Below, piece after piece: positions 17,057-27,600 of a stretch of DNA of 41,385 nucleotides. How positions within the stretch are numbered: position 1 is the stretch's first letter; the number at the start of each line of letters is the position of its first letter. The stretch comes from Candidatus Fimenecus sp. Its GTDB lineage: Bacteria; Bacillota; Clostridia; Oscillospirales; Acutalibacteraceae. The DNA lies in contig JAZNTF010000096.1 in NCBI GenBank assembly GCA_045591625.1, forward strand, positions 1 to 41,385. The letters are read 5' to 3'. The notes beneath the pieces were generated by a model, which did not search any database, was not told where the DNA came from, and worked only from the letters and a program-made list of their open reading frames with translations. The position numbers were made by a program, and so were the translations under genes.

Positions 17057-18166
17057 TTAGCAATATTTCTTCGTGATTTCGTTCATCTGTTCCATTTTTT
17101 CTTCCATCTCTGCAACAAGCTTGAACTGAGTACGACAACGGTCCAAATTGTGTTCAGGATAGGCAATATGGAAATAAATGTCACCGTTAAGGTAGTCTGT
17201 AAGGAATCGGATACCACATTCGTAAGTCATCATCTTTGCACCGAAAGGAAGCAATTCTTTTTCAAGGTCTGTGAGAGCATCTTTTGCACTGCTGAGATAC
17301 CCCTTAACGTAAGCCTCATAAAGAGGAAGACTCAATGTTACCTTTGAAAGGTCTTTTTCATCTTCAGCTGCTGTGTTAGCACCAAAACGAATGCTATCAC
17401 CGAAATCGTAAAGAGAAAGTCCCGGCATAACAGTGTCAAGGTCGATAATACAGATACCCTGATTTGAAACATTGTCAAAAAGGATGTTGTTGAGTTTTGT
17501 GTCATTGTGAGTAACTCTTAAAGGAAGCTTACCTTCGTCAATCATGTCAACAAGCACATGAGTATCTGCTTCACGAGCTAATGCAAATTCAATTTCATCC
17601 TTAACATTGTGGAGTCTGCCTGAAGCATTTTTTTCAATAGCAATTTTAAGGTTTTCAAAGCGGGAAGCCGTGTTATGGAACTTTTCAATGGTTTCAAAAA
17701 GTGTTGAACCGTCAAAGTCTGCAAGTACATTCTGGAAATTACCGAATGCAACACCTGCATTGGAGAAAACCTGTGCATCAGTAATGGAGTTGCAAGTGTA
17801 AACATCGTCGATGAAGTTATACATTCTCCAGCAATTATTGTCCTCATCTATGAAGTAATATTTACCGTTTTTACAAGGAAGGAAAGTGAGTGTACCACGG
17901 TCAGCCCATGGAATATTCATTTCTTCGTTCTTTTTACGGATGTGGCTTGTAACAGCTACGATATTACTCATAAGCTCTTCGGGCTTTTTAAATGCTTCTG
18001 TATTAACTTTTTGAAGAACATATTTTGCAACATTATCATTTTCTTCAAAAATTAAAGTAAAGGTACTGTTAACATGACCGTTATTAATTTTTTCATATCC
18101 TGTGAACTTTCCGCTAAGGGAAAACATTTCACAGATTTTTTCCAAGTCAAAAGGAAGATTTGACAA
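17057..18166 (-). CDS. APH-fold sugar kinase resembling N-acetylhexosamine 1-kinase (NahK/LnpB)
   Basis: Contains ...INNGHVNSTF...VLQKVNTEAFKKPEELMSNI...WRMYNFI...VTHNDTKLNNILFD...IIDLDTVMPGLSLYDFGDSIRFGA..., which matches my recollection of NahK motifs. The ORF extends to a GTG at 18199. TTG 18166 lies 6 nt after GAGGTG and is preferred, but the start is uncertain. Confidence 0.65.
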   Translation of the reverse strand: MSNLPFDLEKICEMFSLSGKFTGYEKINNGHVNSTFTLIFEENDNVAKYVLQKVNTEAFKKPEELMSNIVAVTSHIRKKNEEMNIPWADRGTLTFLPCKNGKYYFIDEDNNCWRMYNFIDDVYTCNSITDAQVFSNAGVAFGNFQNVLADFDGSTLFETIEKFHNTASRFENLKIAIEKNASGRLHNVKDEIEFALAREADTHVLVDMIDEGKLPLRVTHNDTKLNNILFDNVSNQGICIIDLDTVMPGLSLYDFGDSIRFGANTAAEDEKDLSKVTLSLPLYEAYVKGYLSSAKDALTDLEKELLPFGAKMMTYECGIRFLTDYLNGDIYFHIAYPEHNLDRCRTQFKLVAEMEEKMEQMNEITKKYC

Positions 18167-18304
18167 GAGAAACACCTCGTTATTTTTCAAAAATAACACT
18201 AACCATTTGTCAGTGTACAGAATTTAACCGTACTGATTATATAACTTTTGTCGGTTTAAGTCAATATCCACTTTGTTTCAGGTGTATTTTATTGAAAAAT
18301 ACTC

Positions 18305-18333
18305 TTTACAGAAAGCCGATTTTAATGTAAAAT
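18305..18333 (+). promoter_or_regulatory. candidate promoter of the pyrH-frr unit
   Basis: TTTACA (18305-18310), 17-nt spacer, TAAAAT (18328-18333). Confidence 0.4.
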
Positions 18334-18383
18334 ATACTCAATATGGTAGTCGGTGAAACAGATTGCCGTGGAGGTGTTTTATT

Positions 18384-19097
18384 ATGGAACCAAAATATAA
18401 AAGAGTACTTTTAAAAGTCAGCGGTGAGGTGCTTGCCGGGGACAAAAAACATGGATTTGATTTTGATACAGTGAACAGCGTTTGTTCTGCTATCAAGGAG
18501 ATGGCAGATTTGGGAACAGAGGTTGCTATCGTTGTCGGTGGCGGTAATTTCTGGAGAGGTCGCTCAAGTGGTGATATGGACAGAACAAGAGCTGACCATA
18601 TCGGCATGCTTGCAACTGTTATGAACTCATTAGCTCTTGCTGATTCTCTTGAACAGTTGGGTGTAATTGTAAGAGTACAGACAGCTATTGAAATGAATAA
18701 GATTGCAGAGCCATACATCAGCCATCGTGCAAAGCGTCACCTTGAAAAAGGCAGAGTTGTAATTTTCGGTTGCGGAACAGGTAACCCATTCTTCTCAACT
18801 GACACTGCAGCTGCTCTTCGTGCAGCAGAAATTGATGCTGATATTATCTTTAAGGCAACAAATGTTGACGGCGTTTATGACAAAGACCCTAATCGTTTTG
18901 ATGATGCAATCAAGTACGATGTTATCACACATCAGGATATTCTCAGTAAGGGACTTGCAGTTATGGACAGCACTGCTGCTTCCCTTTGCAGAGATAATAA
19001 AATCCCACTTCTTGTTTTCAATCTTCAACAGCCTGAAAATATGGTTAAAGCTGTTAAGGGTGAAGTGGTAGGTACAATTGTTGTTGACGAGAAATAA
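18384..19097 (+). CDS. pyrH: UMP kinase
   Basis: [15 protein letters not shown]..., [13 protein letters not shown] 18384 follows GGAGGTG. Confidence 0.93.
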   Translation: MEPKYKRVLLKVSGEVLAGDKKHGFDFDTVNSVCSAIKEMADLGTEVAIVVGGGNFWRGRSSGDMDRTRADHIGMLATVMNSLALADSLEQLGVIVRVQTAIEMNKIAEPYISHRAKRHLEKGRVVIFGCGTGNPFFSTDTAAALRAAEIDADIIFKATNVDGVYDKDPNRFDDAIKYDVITHQDILSKGLAVMDSTAASLCRDNKIPLLVFNLQQPENMVKAVKGEVVGTIVVDEK

Positions 19098-19123
19098 GAA
19101 TTTTACATAAAAGGAGAAACATT

Positions 19124-19678
19124 ATGAATACAGTATTTGACGCAATGAAAGAAAAAATGAACAAGACAATTTCTGTTCTTGAAAAAGATTTTGCAGGTAT
19201 GAGAGCAGGACGTGCAACACCTGCAGTTCTTGATAGAATTCAGGTTGACTACTACGGTGTTCCTACACCAATTCAGCAGATGGCTGCTGTTTCAGTAAGT
19301 GAAGGTAGAATTCTTGTGATTCAGCCATGGGACGTTTCAACAATCAATCCTATTTCAAAAGCAATTCAGGCTTCTGATATCGGCATCAATCCTATGAATG
19401 ACGGTAAGGTAATTCGTCTTACATTCCCACCACTTACAGAGGAACGCAGAAAGGCTCTTTGTAAGGACGTAAGCAAAACTGCTGAAGACTCTAAGGTTGC
19501 TATCCGTTCAATCCGTCGTGATGCAATTGATAAAATCAAGGCTATGAAGAAAAAAAGTGAAATCACTGAGGATGACCAGAAGGATGCAGAAACAAAGATT
19601 CAGAAAATTACTGATGATTTCGTAAAAGAAATTGATGCAATTGCTGATAAAAAAGAAAAAGAAATTATGGAGATATAA
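19124..19678 (+). CDS. frr: ribosome recycling factor
   Basis: 184 aa. Contains ...FAGMRAGRATPAVLD...YYG..TPI.Q...PLTEERRK.... Confidence 0.93.
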   Translation: MNTVFDAMKEKMNKTISVLEKDFAGMRAGRATPAVLDRIQVDYYGVPTPIQQMAAVSVSEGRILVIQPWDVSTINPISKAIQASDIGINPMNDGKVIRLTFPPLTEERRKALCKDVSKTAEDSKVAIRSIRRDAIDKIKAMKKKSEITEDDQKDAETKIQKITDDFVKEIDAIADKKEKEIMEI

Positions 19679-19686
19679 TCAATTTT

Positions 19687-19715
19687 GGGCGGATAAAACC
19701 GCCCTGATTTGCTTA
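19687..19715 (+). terminator. candidate terminator/attenuating hairpin after frr
   Basis: GGGCGG-ATAAAA-CCGCCC (19687-19704), followed by the interrupted T-run TGATTTGCTTATTTT. Confidence 0.45.
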
Positions 19716-19725
19716 TTTTAAGAAT

Positions 19726-20460
19726 GTGATGAAAAAGAATATACCTCAATTTTCAGTATTGCCCAAGCATATCGGTATCATTATGGATGGTAATGGCAGA
19801 TGGGCAAAACAAAGAAATTTACCACGATATAAAGGACATATAGAGGGTGCAAAGACATTTCGTAAAATCGGTGAATTTGCGGCAGATGTCGGTGTTAAAT
19901 GTATGACCTTTTATGCCTTTTCAACTGAAAACTGGAAGCGTCCGCAAGAAGAAGTGGATGCAATTATGCAGTTGTTCAGAGAGTATCTGAAGGAAGCGGA
20001 AGAGCGAAAAGAAGAAAATCGTGAAAAAGGAATTGCTCTTCGTTTTATTGGTGACCGTCAGGGAATTCCTGAAGATATACAGGCACTCATGGAACAGATT
20101 GAACAGGGAACTCAGTATGAAACAAAGGTTATTTTAAATCTTGCTATCAACTATGGCGGACGTCACGAGATTACTCAGGGAGTGCAGGAAATTGCTCAAA
20201 AGGTTAAAAACGGAGAGCTTTTGCCGGAGGAAATTACAGAAGATGTAATATCTGACCACCTTTATACAAAAAATCATCCGGACCCGGACCTTATTATCCG
20301 ACCAAGCGGAGAATACAGATTGTCCAATTTCCTTACATGGCAGTCTGCTTATTCGGAATTCTGGTTTTCAAATGTGCTTTGGCCTGATTTTACCGAAGAA
20401 AATCTTTGCGAGGCATTGAGAGAGTTTGAAAAACGTAACAGACGATTTGGTGGGGTTTAG
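19726..20460 (+). CDS. uppS: isoprenyl transferase (undecaprenyl-diphosphate synthase)
   Basis: Contains HIGIIMDGNGRWA, FSTENWKRP and RPSGEYRLSNFLTWQ. The start is GTG 19726 or ATG 19729. Confidence 0.92.
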   Translation: MMKKNIPQFSVLPKHIGIIMDGNGRWAKQRNLPRYKGHIEGAKTFRKIGEFAADVGVKCMTFYAFSTENWKRPQEEVDAIMQLFREYLKEAEERKEENREKGIALRFIGDRQGIPEDIQALMEQIEQGTQYETKVILNLAINYGGRHEITQGVQEIAQKVKNGELLPEEITEDVISDHLYTKNHPDPDLIIRPSGEYRLSNFLTWQSAYSEFWFSNVLWPDFTEENLCEALREFEKRNRRFGGV

Positions 20461-20490
20461 TATTTTTATCATTTTGAAAGAGGACGAATT

Positions 20491-21360
20491 ATGGCAAAAA
20501 GAATAGTGTTTGGTCTCTTGTGGACTGCATTGGGAATTTCTGCACTTGTGTTTATGCATACGTGGTTTTTCTTGGCATTTGCAATGTTTTTATGCTTTAT
20601 GGCAACCTATGAACTGAATCGTTCCTGTGGGATTGAAAACAAGCCGGTTATGATTCTCAGTGTAGCAGTATCCAGCATATTTCCGTTGTATTATGAATAC
20701 GGACATTATTTGCAAGAGATAGAAGGAATCAATCTTAAAACAGAATATTTGCTTGTGATATATATTCTTTTATTGTGCTTTATGATGCTTCATAATCATG
20801 AAAAGACTAAGTTTTCACAGATTGCATTTGTTATAGTATCATCCTTGTTGGTGCCATATTCATTCTCAAGACTTATGTTCTTCCGTGATATTGCAAAGTA
20901 TTATCCAGAAAGAGAATACACAACTGCTCATGGAGTATTCCTTATTTTGTTCCTTCTCTTTTCAGCTTGTTTTACAGATACATTTGCATATTTTACAGGC
21001 AGTTTCCTCGGAAAGCATAAGCTTTGTCCGAAAATTAGTCCTAAGAAAACAATTGAAGGTGCAGTGGGTGGCGTATTAGGATGTATTCTTGCGAATGTCA
21101 TTCTTTATGCTGTTTATGATAATCTCATCTTTGCAAATCCTGTTCACAATTACCTTGCAATAGTGCTTATTTCAATAGTTCTTTCTGTTGTAGGTATGTG
21201 TGGTGACCTTACAGCATCACTTATTAAACGTAATTATGGAATTAAAGATTTCGGAAATCTTATTCCGGGACATGGTGGAATAATGGACCGTTTTGACAGT
21301 ATTTTATTTGTTTGTGCTGCTTTCTACGCAGTGTTCAATATTTTTGAGGTGTCAATATAA
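20491..21360 (+). CDS. cdsA: phosphatidate cytidylyltransferase
   Basis: 289-aa polytopic ORF. C-terminal signature SLIKRNYGIKDFGNLIPGHGGIMDRFDS. Confidence 0.9.
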   Translation: MAKRIVFGLLWTALGISALVFMHTWFFLAFAMFLCFMATYELNRSCGIENKPVMILSVAVSSIFPLYYEYGHYLQEIEGINLKTEYLLVIYILLLCFMMLHNHEKTKFSQIAFVIVSSLLVPYSFSRLMFFRDIAKYYPEREYTTAHGVFLILFLLFSACFTDTFAYFTGSFLGKHKLCPKISPKKTIEGAVGGVLGCILANVILYAVYDNLIFANPVHNYLAIVLISIVLSVVGMCGDLTASLIKRNYGIKDFGNLIPGHGGIMDRFDSILFVCAAFYAVFNIFEVSI

Positions 21361-21361
21361 A

Positions 21362-22513
21362 ATGACTAAAAATTTAAGTATTTTAGGCTCAACAGGTTCC
21401 ATTGGTACTCAGAGCCTTGAAACAGCAAGAAAGTGCGGTTACTCTGTGTCCGCGCTTTCGGCATATTCAAACGTGGATTTAATCGAAGAACAAATTCGTG
21501 AATTTAAACCAAAAGTAGCTGCATTGGTTGACGAAAATGCAGCCAGAGAGCTCAAAAACAGAGTTTCTGATATGGACATAAAAGTTCTTTCAGGAATTAA
21601 AGGTGTTTGTGAGTGTGCAGCAGTTGACGAAGCCGATACTGTAATCAACTCAGTTGTTGGTATGGCAGGTCTTAAGCCAACACTTACAGCAATTGATGCA
21701 AATAAAAAAATTGCCCTTGCCAATAAGGAAACTCTCGTTGCAGGTGGTCTTCTTGTAACTACGAATGCAAAGGAAAAGGGTGTGGATATTCTTCCGGTTG
21801 ATTCGGAGCATTCTGCCATTTTTCAATGCTTACAGGGACAACCAAGCAACAAAGCGTTAAAGAGAATTATTCTTACTGCAAGTGGTGGCCCTTTCTTTGG
21901 CAAGACAAGAGAAGAATTGGAGAAGGTAACTGTTGCAGACGCTCTTAAGCATCCGAACTGGTGTATGGGACAAAAAATAACCATCGATTCTGCTACAATG
22001 ATGAATAAAGGACTTGAACTTATTGAGGCAGTATGGCTTTTCGATGTTCATCCTTCAAAAATTGAAATCGTTGTTCACAGGGAGAGTATAATTCATTCTG
22101 CAGTTGAGTATGATGATAATGCGGTAATAGCACAGCTGGGACTTCCTGATATGAAAATTCCGATTCAGTATGCTCTTACATACCCTGAGAGAATCGAATC
22201 ACTTACAGGAGAGTTGGATTTGACTAAATTGGGTACCTTGACATTCTATAAGCCTGATTATGAAACATTCAGATGCATGGACATTTGTCGTGAAGCAATT
22301 ACACGTGGTGGACTTTATCCTGCATTTGCAAATTCAGCTAATGAACAGGCAAATCTGATGTTCAGAAAAGGTGAAATCGGATTTTTGCAGATTGCCGAGT
22401 TAGTTGAAAAGGTTATGAACGAAGCTCCAAAAGTAAGTACTTATACAGTGGATGATGTTTATGATGCAGATGTTCTTGCAAGAGAGCTTGTAATTAAATA
22501 TGCAAAACAGTAA
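21362..22513 (+). CDS. dxr: 1-deoxy-D-xylulose 5-phosphate reductoisomerase
   Basis: Contains LSILGSTGSIGTQSL, LANKETLV, DSEHSAIFQC and HPNWCMG. ATG 21362 lies 1 nt after the cdsA stop; the longer ORF from 21293 overlaps cdsA and is rejected. Confidence 0.93.
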   Translation: MTKNLSILGSTGSIGTQSLETARKCGYSVSALSAYSNVDLIEEQIREFKPKVAALVDENAARELKNRVSDMDIKVLSGIKGVCECAAVDEADTVINSVVGMAGLKPTLTAIDANKKIALANKETLVAGGLLVTTNAKEKGVDILPVDSEHSAIFQCLQGQPSNKALKRIILTASGGPFFGKTREELEKVTVADALKHPNWCMGQKITIDSATMMNKGLELIEAVWLFDVHPSKIEIVVHRESIIHSAVEYDDNAVIAQLGLPDMKIPIQYALTYPERIESLTGELDLTKLGTLTFYKPDYETFRCMDICREAITRGGLYPAFANSANEQANLMFRKGEIGFLQIAELVEKVMNEAPKVSTYTVDDVYDADVLARELVIKYAKQ

Positions 22514-22534
22514 TTTTTAGAAAGCAGTGATTTT

Positions 22535-23593
22535 TTGGAAATTTGGTCAAAGGTGTGGCCTTTCTTAGTTGCAATTTTATTTTTCGGACTTCTTATTTCA
22601 ATACATGAATTGGGACATTTTACTTTTGCAAAGCTTTTTAAAGTAAAGGTCAATGAATTTGCTCTTGGAATGGGTCCTGCTATTTTAAAGAAAAAGAAGG
22701 GTGAAACAACTTATGCTCTTCGTCTTCTTCCGATTGGTGGATATGTAAGCATGGAGGGTGAAGATAAAGAAAGTTCAGACGAAAACGCGTTTAATCGTAA
22801 AAAAGTCTGGCAGAAGATTATTATTGTTGCCGCCGGAGCCATAATGAACTTGATTTTGGGTGTTGTAATTGTTGCAACCTGCCTGGCTATGGATGACTTG
22901 GTTGGTACAACTGAAATTCTTCAGTTTGAAGAGAATGCAATAAGTCATCAGACAGGTCTTGAAGCCGGAGACCGGATTCTGGAAATCGATGGTCATAAGG
23001 TTTTTTCTGATATGGACATTTCGTTTCTGATGACAAGAAGTGACGACGGAATTTTTGATATGGTTGTTCGTCGTGATGGTGAAAAGGTTGACCTTGAGGG
23101 TGTTACCTTCAAGACTCAGAAGGAAGACGGATATACAATCATTTCTTATGATTTTGTAATTCTTGGTAAAGAAACAACTTTTTTGAATGTGGTTTCCACA
23201 GCGGTTAAACAGACCATTTCTATCGGCAGACTTGTGTGGTTGAGTCTTTTTGACCTAGTAACCGGCAAATTCGGACTTTCTGATTTATCAGGTCCTGTCG
23301 GTACTGTGAATATACTTGCTGATGTCACATCTTCGGCAGTGGAGAGTAAGGCGAATCTTATTTCTGCACTGACATTGATGTCGTTTGTATCAATAAATAT
23401 TGGTATTTTCAATCTTTTGCCATTACCGGCACTTGATGGTGGCAGATTATTCTTCTTGATTATTGAAGGCATTCGCAGAAAACCGATAAATCCTAAATAT
23501 GAGGGATATATTCATGGTGCAGGACTTGCATTATTGCTTCTTTTAATGGTGGCGGTAACCTTCAATGATATTGTGAATCTTATAAGAAATTAA
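22535..23593 (+). CDS. rseP: RIP metalloprotease RseP (M50 site-2 protease) with one PDZ domain
   Basis: HELGHF in TM1 and NLLPLPALDGG near the C-terminus. TTG start is uncertain. Confidence 0.88.
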   Translation: MEIWSKVWPFLVAILFFGLLISIHELGHFTFAKLFKVKVNEFALGMGPAILKKKKGETTYALRLLPIGGYVSMEGEDKESSDENAFNRKKVWQKIIIVAAGAIMNLILGVVIVATCLAMDDLVGTTEILQFEENAISHQTGLEAGDRILEIDGHKVFSDMDISFLMTRSDDGIFDMVVRRDGEKVDLEGVTFKTQKEDGYTIISYDFVILGKETTFLNVVSTAVKQTISIGRLVWLSLFDLVTGKFGLSDLSGPVGTVNILADVTSSAVESKANLISALTLMSFVSINIGIFNLLPLPALDGGRLFFLIIEGIRRKPINPKYEGYIHGAGLALLLLLMVAVTFNDIVNLIRN

Positions 23594-23603
23594 AGGTGTT
23601 ATT

Positions 23604-24656
23604 ATGATAGAACGCAGAAAAAGTCGTGTTATAATGGCAGGAAATGTGAAAATCGGTGGAGACAATCCGATAGCAGTTCAGTCAATGCTCAATGTTATTG
23701 CTGAGGATGCAGAGGGTAATGTAAGACAAGCTGTTGAATTAGAAAAAGCAGGTTGTCAGATTGTCCGACTTACTGTTCCTAATAAAGAAGCTGTAAGAAC
23801 TCTTTATGCAGTAAAAAATGCAGTCAATATTCCTGTTGTGGCTGATATTCATTTTGATTATCGTTGTGCTTTGGAAAGCGTTGCGGCAGGAGTTGACAAA
23901 ATCAGAATCAATCCTGGTAATATCGGTGATGACGAAAAAGTAAAAGCGGTTGCAGATGCTTGTCGTCTTCATAATGTACCTATTCGTATCGGAGTTAATT
24001 CAGGTTCCCTTGAAAAGAATTTACTTGCAAAATATGGTTCTCCTACACCTGAAGCTATGGCCGAAAGTGCAATGTATCATATAGGACTTTTAGAGAAATT
24101 TGATTATAACGATATAGTTGTGTCAATCAAATCATCCGATGTTCAGAAAATGGTAAAGGCATACAGACTTGTTGCTGATATGTGTGACTATCCGTTACAC
24201 CTTGGTGTTACAGAAGCTGGTACACATAATATGGCTCTTGTAAAATCAAGTATCGGTATCGGTTCACTTTTGCTTGATGGTATCGGAGACACCATTCGAG
24301 TATCAATGACGGATGACCCTGTAACAGAGGTTAAGGCTGGTTTCGATATTTTAAAGGCAGCAGGAATTAAAACTGACTGTGCACAAATAGTGTCTTGCCC
24401 AACTTGTGGCAGAACAAAAATTGACCTTATCGGTCTTGCGGAAAAGGTAGAAAAAGCACTTGTAAATTATGATAAACCAATCAAAGTGGCAGTAATGGGT
24501 TGTGTTGTTAATGGTCCCGGTGAAGCAAAGGAAGCTGATATCGGTGTTGCCGGTGGCGATGGTTGTGGTGTTATTTTCAAGCATGGTGAAGTGCTTAAAA
24601 AAGTAAACGAAAATGAAATAGTAGAAGAATTATTGAAAGAGATAGAAAAGATATAA
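23604..24656 (+). CDS. ispG: 4-hydroxy-3-methylbut-2-en-1-yl diphosphate synthase
   Basis: Contains VQSMLN, IRINPGNIG, CPTCGRT and VMGCVVNGPGEA. Confidence 0.93.
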   Translation: MIERRKSRVIMAGNVKIGGDNPIAVQSMLNVIAEDAEGNVRQAVELEKAGCQIVRLTVPNKEAVRTLYAVKNAVNIPVVADIHFDYRCALESVAAGVDKIRINPGNIGDDEKVKAVADACRLHNVPIRIGVNSGSLEKNLLAKYGSPTPEAMAESAMYHIGLLEKFDYNDIVVSIKSSDVQKMVKAYRLVADMCDYPLHLGVTEAGTHNMALVKSSIGIGSLLLDGIGDTIRVSMTDDPVTEVKAGFDILKAAGIKTDCAQIVSCPTCGRTKIDLIGLAEKVEKALVNYDKPIKVAVMGCVVNGPGEAKEADIGVAGGDGCGVIFKHGEVLKKVNENEIVEELLKEIEKI

Positions 24657-24669
24657 TGGTGAAACATAT

Positions 24670-27600
24670 ATGGCAATAGTAAAATCACTTTTCGGTGAGT
24701 TTTTTGATTGCACACAAAATCTCGATATTGCCTTTGCAGATATCGTAGGATTTTCTGTATCACAGGAAAAAATGAGTGCAAAGCTCACTGTAAAGCCTTA
24801 TAGGAAAATAGAAAAAGAAAGAATTGAAGCTCTTGAAAGTCAACTTTCAAGGGCTGTCAATGTTAATATAACCATTGTTTGCGACGAGTCAAGAATTGGA
24901 TTCCGTACTGAATTTATGAATTTGGTTGTAGAAATTTTGAGAGATAAAATTGTTGTTGCAAACGGATATTTTAACAATGCAGAGTACGAGATTTTCGGCA
25001 AGGAGTTAAAAATTTCCCTTAAAAAAGGTGGAAAGGATATTCTCCTTTCTGCAAATTGTGATAAGGAAATTGAAAGAATTATAAAGGGGATATTTGGTGT
25101 TGAATATACTGTAACTTTGATTCAGGAAGACAATTTCAATACGGAAATGGCTATTGACAGTATGCAGAAAAAAGCAGATGAAGAAATTCGTCGAGAAAAA
25201 AATATCCCTGATACATATTCCGAGTCCAATGAGCCAAAAGCTCATGTCGTTAAAGACGGTTTCCCGCTTTATCTCGAAACACAAAAGCCTATCTACGGAA
25301 ATCTTATCCGTACAGCGAATTTACAAAAGCTTTGTGATGTTTCAATTGAAAGTGGTGCTGTTGCTGTCTGGGGTGAGGTTTTCAGCCTTGATGTGAGAAC
25401 AACACGAGATGGAAAAAACAATATTATCAATTTTAATATTACAGATAAAACTTATTCATATACAGTAAAGATTTTTGAGTCTTGTACAAATGCCAAATCA
25501 TTTCTTTCAGCTTTGAGTGAAGGTACAACGGTAATTGTTTATGGCAGAGTCAGTTTTGATAAATATTCAGGTGAAAATATTATTTCTGCTACTGCCGTAA
25601 ATACTGTAACTCAGATAAAGAAAAAGGATAATGCCGAAAAGAAAAGAGTTGAATTGCATCTTCATACAAATATGTCCGATATGGACGGCATGACAGGTGC
25701 GGATAAACTTGTTAAACGAGCAATCAGTTGGGGACATCCTGCTATTGCTATTACTGACCACGGTAATGTTCAAGGTTATCCTGATGCTATGAAGGGTAAA
25801 GGCAAGGATGATATTAAACTTATTTATGGTGTTGAAGGTTACCTTATTGACGATATCGGAAATCCTGAAACACCTTGGGAAAAGCTCCCAAGATACCATA
25901 TTATTCTTCTTGTACAGAACAAGGTTGGTCTTAAGAATTTATATAAGATTGTGTCACTTGCTCATACAACTTATTATCACACAAGACCATGTATTCCACG
26001 TTCAAAACTTAACGAATTAAGAGACGGAATTATTGTGGGCTCTGCTTGTGAAGCAGGTGAGCTTATAAAGGCAATTCTTCTTGAAAAGTCTGATGAAGAA
26101 ATTATTGAAATAGCAAAATATTACGATTATCTTGAAATTCAGCCTGACGGAAACAATATGTTTATGATTGCTTCTCATTCAGACCCGAATGCCAAAAATC
26201 CGGACAGGAATAAAGAGTATAACAAAATTAAGACTCTTGAGGATATTCGTGATATTAACCGAAAGATTATCCATCTTGGTGACAAATTAGATAAGCTTGT
26301 GTGCGCAACAGGTGACGTTCACTTTATGGACCCTGAGGATGCTAAATTCCGTGCTATTCTTATGGCTGGTAAGGGCTTCGACGATGCCGATGACCAGGCA
26401 CCGCTTTATTTTAAGACAACTGACGAAATGCTCGAAGAATTTTCATATCTTGGTGAAGATACTGCATACGAGGTTGTTGTTACAAATACAAATAAAATTG
26501 CAGATATGATTGAACAGGTAAGACCTATTCCTGAGGGAACATTCCAACCGTCAATCCCCGGTGCAGAACAAGAGCTTCGTGACATTTGTTGGGCAAAAGC
26601 AAAGGATTGGTACGGCGAAGAAGTGCCTGAATATGTTGCTGATCGACTTACACGAGAGCTGGAATCAATTATCAAGCACGGATTCGCTGTTCTTTATATT
26701 ATCGCACAAAAGCTTGTTTGGGACTCTGAGTCTCATGGTTATCATGTTGGTTCCCGAGGTTCTGTCGGTTCATCCTTCGTTGCTACAATGGCAGGTATTT
26801 CGGAGGTTAATCCGTTAGCGCCACATTATCGTTGCGCAAAGTGCAGACACAGTGAATTTTTCCTTCATGGTGAGTATGGTTCCGGATTTGATATGCCACC
26901 AAAGAATTGTCCGCATTGTGATATTCCAATGGTGCGTGACGGACACGAAATTCCGTTTGAAACTTTCCTTGGTTTCCACGGTGATAAAGCTCCCGATATC
27001 GACCTTAACTTCTCCGGTGATTATCAGGGTAATGCTCATAGATATACAGAAGAGCTTTTCGGTCGTGACCACGTGTTCAAGGCAGGTACTATCGCAACCG
27101 TTGCCGATAAAACTGCTTATGGATATGTGAAAAAGTATCTTGATGAAAGAGGAAAGGTTGTAACTCGTGCAGAAGAAGACAGACTTACAAAGGGTTGTAC
27201 AGGTATTAAGCGTACAACAGGTCAGCATCCCGGCGGTATGGTTGTTGTACCTAATGAATTTGATGTTTACGACTTTACTGCAGTTCAATTCCCTGCTAAC
27301 GATACATCTTCGGATATGGAAACAACTCACTTCGACTTCCATTTCTTGCATGACACAATTTTAAAACTTGATATTCTCGGCCATGATGTACCTACACTCT
27401 ATAAACATCTCGAAGATATGACAGGAATCCCTGTTATGGATGTTGATGTTTGTGACCCGAAGATAGTAAGTCTTTGTACAAGCCCTGAAGCGTTGGGTCT
27501 TACTCCTGATGATATCGGTGTACAGACAGGTACTCTTTCAATTCCTGAAATGGGTACGGATTTCGTTCGTGGTATGCTTATGGAGGCACAACCAAAATGC

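Noticed and set aside
21293-21361. N-terminal extensions suggested by the longest-ORF track: dxr from 21293, hisD from 30474, GT2 from 15901, pyrH from 18363, Stealth-1 from 13294, peptidase from 35016, and methyltransferase from 37001.
   Set aside because: The extensions overlap the upstream gene or lack an RBS. In every case an internal ATG with a good Shine-Dalgarno sequence gives an N-terminus matching the family consensus.
25808-26020. Possibility that the short polC is a frameshifted pseudogene with the exonuclease coded in another frame.
   Set aside because: polC is a single uninterrupted 3783-nt ORF. The alternative-frame ORFs near the junction (for example 25808-26020 and 25567-25899) show no DEDDh-like sequence. 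There is also simply not enough DNA between the two PHP segments (about 40 nt) to encode a domain.
26815-27351. 178-aa antisense ORF inside polC. Other long antisense ORFs: 27622-28077, 35205-35801 (198 aa, inside the M20 peptidase), 11334-11825 and 11946-12395 (inside GT2-TagF), 13416-13868 (inside Stealth-2), 18338-18718 (opposite pyrH), and 30211-30853 (opposite hisG/hisD).
   Set aside because: These are shadow ORFs opposite strongly supported genes. They have low-complexity or Cys/Ser/Leu-rich composition, no recognisable motifs and no RBS.
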